In this document: positions 55,709 to 64,000 of the stretch, one piece after another
Layout: each line of letters starts with the position of its first letter
Position numbering within the stretch: the stretch's first letter is position 1
From: Amoebidium appalachense
Lineage: Eukaryota > Protista > Ichthyosporea
Direction of reading: 5' to 3'
Assembly (NCBI GenBank): GCA_963693365.1
Contig: CAVNZM010000013.1
Location: forward strand, 5,570,640 to 5,634,639
DNA: 64,000 nt
Program-made: the position numbers and the translations under genes
Notes under the pieces: model-generated
What the model saw: the letters and a program-made list of their open reading frames with translations, nothing else
The model's database searches: none
What the model was told of the DNA's origin: nothing

Positions 55709-56835
55709 ACTGAAAATCTGTTTGCCTCAACACAGCTTTTTTTCCGCTTTTTTTTTCTTTTTTTTCTGTCCCTTGTTTTTTGCGCTGGAAATCAGTTCTA
55801 TTCAATACATATGGAGATTTAAGTACGGTTTATTTTCATCCCATCATTTTTCTTTTTTCCTTTTTTGCCCTGGCACTCAATATTCACACGCACGACACAC
55901 AGTATCAGCAACAAACCATTTCTCTTCCCGTCCTTTTTACACAGCCCCATACCTTTCATGTTTTTGCTGCACTAATCAGTAACCACATATACAAGATACT
56001 CTTCATGTATTATCTATCCCATGTATCTGAGCAAAAACACAACCAGGGATGGACCTGATCTACTTACTGCCAGTCACATGTGGAGACCACATGGTCTTGA
56101 TAACTCCCCCCCCCCCCCCCCCCCTTCCCCTCCCCTCCCTCCCCCCTCCCTCCCCCCCTCCCCCCCCCTCCCCCCCCCCCCCCCCCCCCCCGCCGCCGCT
56201 CCCTCCCCCTTCCCTCTCCCTTTGCCTGCTTAGTGCAGCTGCTACTCAATGTCGCTCGCACTTCATCTTCAACCTTTTTTTCCTCTCTCCCCCCCCTCCC
56301 CCTCCCAGCCCCCCCCCCCCCCCTCCCCCCCCCCCCCCGGGGCCCTGATGATCCCCCCCCTCCCTCTCCGTCCTCTTATGCGTTTCTCGGGGAAGGGAGG
56401 GGGAGGTTTGGGCAAGCAGCCACAAACCCACATACATCCACACACACGCACACACACGCACACACACGCACAACACATACGCACTCTGGTTGGGATGTTT
56501 TATTCCAGTAAACTGTTGTTTTACTTTCCTAAAGCTTCTCTTCTTTCCTGCTTCAATGGTTACAAAGCGTGCTTCATGAGTCATACAATGAGGGGCTTCC
56601 ATTGTTTATTCGAGGCACAGACACCATCGCAGGCATGGTGAGGTTTCGTCAACGTATGCTAAATAGTGTTATATCATAGTATGTACATGGCCGGATGGCG
56701 GGTGTTGTTTGTCAAGTTCTAACGGCTCACTATGGATGGTACTACGCCATACAAATCAATCAAAAAGTTGATCGATCGATTTACCGAGGGTTCCCCTTTT
56801 TTTTTTGGGTTCCCCTGGGACACTCAACGTCAGCC

Positions 56836-56888
<53 letters not shown>

Positions 56889-57174
56889 GTGTGTGCGCGC
56901 ACGCGCTTGTGCGTGGGTGCATGCATGCCTGCGTGGATGCGTGCGTGCGTGTGTGCGTGTGTGTGCCCTTCTTCCCCTTTCTGCTCGCACAAAACACGCG
57001 CACGCGTGCTGGGGGGAACGGGGGGGGGGGGGGGGGGGGGGAGGAGGGGGGGGGGGGGGGGGGGGGAAGGGGAGGAGGGTGGACAAAAGAAGCTCCGTTT
57101 GTAGCAATGTCATTTTACGCGATTGTCTTCCTGCAATCATTTTCGTGCGGGAGGGCCCTTGGGGGGGGAGGGGG

Positions 57175-57234
<60 letters not shown>

Positions 57235-58045
57235 TGGCAGCTATTGATGTTTTCCTCACTACAACCGCAAGTTTTACTTTGTGAAGTTTCTTCTATATCA
57301 CTCTCATACGGGCTTCGAGTTCTTGCAAGGACACCGTGAGCCGGCCGGTACATGTGGATCTACAGGCGTACACACACAGGCGCAGACCAGTAAAATGGCG
57401 GCCTATGGGCATGAACACATACAGACATGCTTTTTTTGTTTAGTTTTTGTGTGTGTATGTGTGTGGAGGGGGTGGGTTCGGGGGGGGGGGGGGGGGGGGG
57501 GGGGGGGGAGGGGGGGAGGAGGACGGTGGGGCGTAGGCCGGGGGCCGGGGGGAACGGAGGGGAGGGGGGGAGGGAGAGGGGGGCTCGTCACGGTGCCATT
57601 TGCATGTGGACAAGGCTGTTTGGTCCTGTATGTAAATTTTTTTCGCTTTTTGCACAAACTTGAATATATTTGCCACCCCAGCCATCCAGTGCACATGGGT
57701 TGTGTATCGTGCCGGGCTAGTAGCTATACCAGTAAACAAGTTGAGGTTTCCATTCATTGAATATCCAAAAATCCAGCCAACAATAGTAGTTGCTGCACAT
57801 GCACACTTATCGTAATCATAGTAACACACAGCCCCATCTATGTAAACACACATCCGAGTAAATGTAAATCAAATACAGAGTCATATTTCAGCTCCTACTC
57901 GTCATCAAGGCAATACTATATTCATCTTTATCCCATTATTTTGGCCACAGGTATTTGTGCTGCCAAAAAAAAACCTCAAAAGGAGACAAATAACGTAAGG
58001 TCATAGCACTCCATGTGGCCATGTCATTGACGTCATGCCCTCTGC

Positions 58046-61350
<3,305 letters not shown>

Positions 61351-62070
61351 GGTGAGGATAGACGGTGGTACGTGGGACGGTGGCACTACCAGCAGGAAAG
61401 ATGAAGACAAATCGATTACGAGCAGGGCAACACCGGTTACGAATGATATTAGGAAAGAATGGATTAATGACACTTGTTGGCCTTACTGAATGAATGAACT
61501 CGAAGGCAGCATGCCACCAACTTCAAATTGAATAAAGTTCTCAGCGTGACAATCGTCTGAAAAATCAGCTGGTGCCCTTGCAACAAAATACTCTTTTAAG
61601 GCCAACGCACAACTGGCAATTAAGCTGGATACTGACGTGGGAATATCCCCATAAGGATGACATCACTTTTTCTTCAGGGAGCTTCAGAAGCTGTCAAAAC
61701 CACACGTGGGCTGGTCCAGCAGCGCAAACGCTCATATCTACGCCGCGCGCATGCACGAGCCCCATCCCGCCAGGTATGTACAGTACCATGAGGCCTGATA
61801 TACACTCCGATGGCTATAAAAAACAACTGAAAGTCTTCAAAAAAAAAAAAAAAGAAGAAGAAAAAAGGTCGAAATATGTAATACTTTTCTACTCCGAGTC
61901 GAACTGAGGGGGAAATGGACGTGGACCGTGATGGACGTGTGTTGTGATTGGTTAGTAATGGTTTCTTGGCAATTTTTGGCTCAACCCAAGAATGTGCCAA
62001 AGTATCCCATCATTGGCTGGTTTTGTTTGACCGATCCGATTTTGATGTGATTGGTTGCTATTCCACGGTC

Positions 62071-62104
<34 letters not shown>

Positions 62105-62110
62105 ACTGTC

Positions 62111-62263
<153 letters not shown>

Positions 62264-63151
62264 CAGGATCGAGCGGGAGGGGGTAGCCCTGGGGCCACCT
62301 GGGGGAGGGGCGGGCGGGGGGGGGGGGGGGGCGCGGGGGAAGCTTAGGAAGGGTCGCTTTCACGCATTTCTTCTCTAAGACTCGACATGTGACCTTCCCC
62401 CCCCCCCCCCCCCCCCCCCCCCATCCCCATCAAGACCCAAGGCAACCTTTAACTAATTCAGATTTAATGTCTGGGTTCTTCGAATTCCCCTGAACATAAC
62501 TTAGTCTACATCAAATAAGATAGACAGCTAATATATCATAATGTATCCTTTTCCCAGACTGTACAGTATCAGCTTGATTGTACATATATATATTGGCTTG
62601 AGTCGTCTTAAGGCTTAATTTATATAGTGCCAAATACACCCACACCTAATTACCTTTGGACGAACTGTGTGCGTACGTGCGTGCGTGTGTGTGCGAGCGC
62701 CCGCATGTGTGCGATTGCCTGTGTATTTGTGTGTGTGTATGTGTGTGTATGTGTGTGAACGTTTGCGTATGTGCGCATGTGTGCGTGCGTGCGTGTGTGT
62801 CAGTGCATCAGTGCGTTTGCGTGCGTGCACGTGCACGTGCGTCCGTGCGTCCGTCCGTGCGCGCGCGCGCGTGTGTGTGTATGTGTGTGGTGCATGCGTG
62901 TGTATTATCAGGTGCATGCATGCATGTGTGTGTGTGCGTGTGTGCGCGCGCGCGTGTTTGCGTGCGTGTGCGTGTGTGCACATTGTAACATGTATCTTCT
63001 TGTGTGCGAGGGCCTGTGTGTGAATTCGAATTCTCGTGTGTGCGTGCGTTCGTGTGTGGGTGTAAATGTGCGTGTGTGCTTCCCCACCTATCTAACTAGC
63101 CTGGGCAACCAGTCTACGCACTCTCCATCACCACCACTAGCCATGTGCTAA

Positions 63152-63801
63152 GGGCTTGTTTGGCAGCGCAGTTATATCGTCTTTTCATCGTATTCGTCTT
63201 TTCGGCCTAAAGATGAATGCGAATATGTGTCCTGCCAAACGCGCCACAGGTTTCAATTTACGCTAAAGACGATGGACATCGCTCCGGAGGTGATTTTCCA
63301 AAAGACGATATAACTTTAAGCCAATCATAAGCGATATGAGCATCTATTGGATCACTCTGATCCAATCTAATATTTGCATCCAGTGCACCTTTTATGGTTA
63401 TTATGGCTTGGTATGGGTGGAAATTGGGTCAGTCCCTGTTCTTTTCCCCATAATGCTTTTTTACAACAGAAATAAGAATAGATATTGTCATGTATAACAA
63501 AGTATCTAAGTATTTAATTCCATATAAAACAGGGGAAAAAAACACGCCCCATTTTGACTTTAATTACACTTCGAGGTAATAAATGTAATATTATTGGTTT
63601 ACACCCTTTCGCCCAACCAAACATCTGAAACCACTGATGAAACGTAAAGCGGGCTCAACTTTCGTGTTTAGGCGTGTTTGGTACGCCATAATCGTATTTC
63701 AGCCCTAAATACGCATACCACAAGATAATTTTATAAACACGATTGATCGTATTTTCGCCATAAATACGAATACGCTTTTTGGAGGGTTGCCAAACACGCC
63801 C
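63152..63801. mobile_element. PIF/Harbinger (Tourist)-like MITE, 650 bp
   Basis: TIRs GGGCTTGTTTGGCA (63152-65) and TGCCAAACACGCCC (63788-801) match at 13/14. Flanks are TAA and CAA (imperfect 3-bp TSD); interior is AT-rich and non-coding. Confidence 0.6.
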
Positions 63802-64000
63802 CAAATATTGCCTTCCCATTTTTCGTCTTTCACTTGCCCAGTCGACCTACATAGCCATGGTCCTTGCAAACCGTGCATCACAGTATTAGATGTCGAAAAA
63901 GAACAGTAGATGCAGACAGAAAGCTCGGAAACGTTGCCGGTGATGTTGTAAAATTTTATACAAGTCGATGTCATAGATGTCACTTAATCGACATACACGT

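Noticed and set aside
61351-61473. Upstream start given for the peroxidase ORF
   Set aside because: It begins at a non-ATG codon. The ATG at 61350 directly precedes a typical signal peptide.
63634-63670. CTGATGA as a hammerhead core inside the MITE
   Set aside because: No stem II-GAAA or matching stems nearby.

Overview
Intron-rich eukaryotic DNA with roughly 90-nt exons, and introns packed with poly-C/poly-G, (CA)n/(GT)n and (CT)n tracts. The animal-like presenilin suggests a unicellular opisthokont/holozoan, but that is inference only. Almost all ORFs in the supplied track are microsatellite artefacts. By manual splicing I recover seven genes: the 3' part of a MYND-finger gene (+), presenilin (+, 14 exons), an atypical IMPA9/TMCO6-type importin-alpha (-, 18 exons), succinate-semialdehyde dehydrogenase (+), sterol C5-desaturase (-), an unusual Cys/His-repeat protein with a CBM21-like C-terminus (+), and a secreted non-animal heme peroxidase with a Cys-rich tail (-). 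There is also a PIF/Harbinger-like MITE. The most striking signal is a dispersed, highly structured repeat family (about 450-nt unit; copies at about 2.6, 5.1, 7.7-8.1, 13.0 and 14.7-15.1 kb plus 3' fragments). It carries a complete hammerhead-ribozyme core (GUH, CGAAAC, CUGANGA) with covarying stems, but the three core strands occur in a non-circularly permuted (pseudoknotted) order. Copies end in poly-C tracts and lie in the sense orientation of host introns. All RNA structures were folded by eye and need computational and experimental confirmation.
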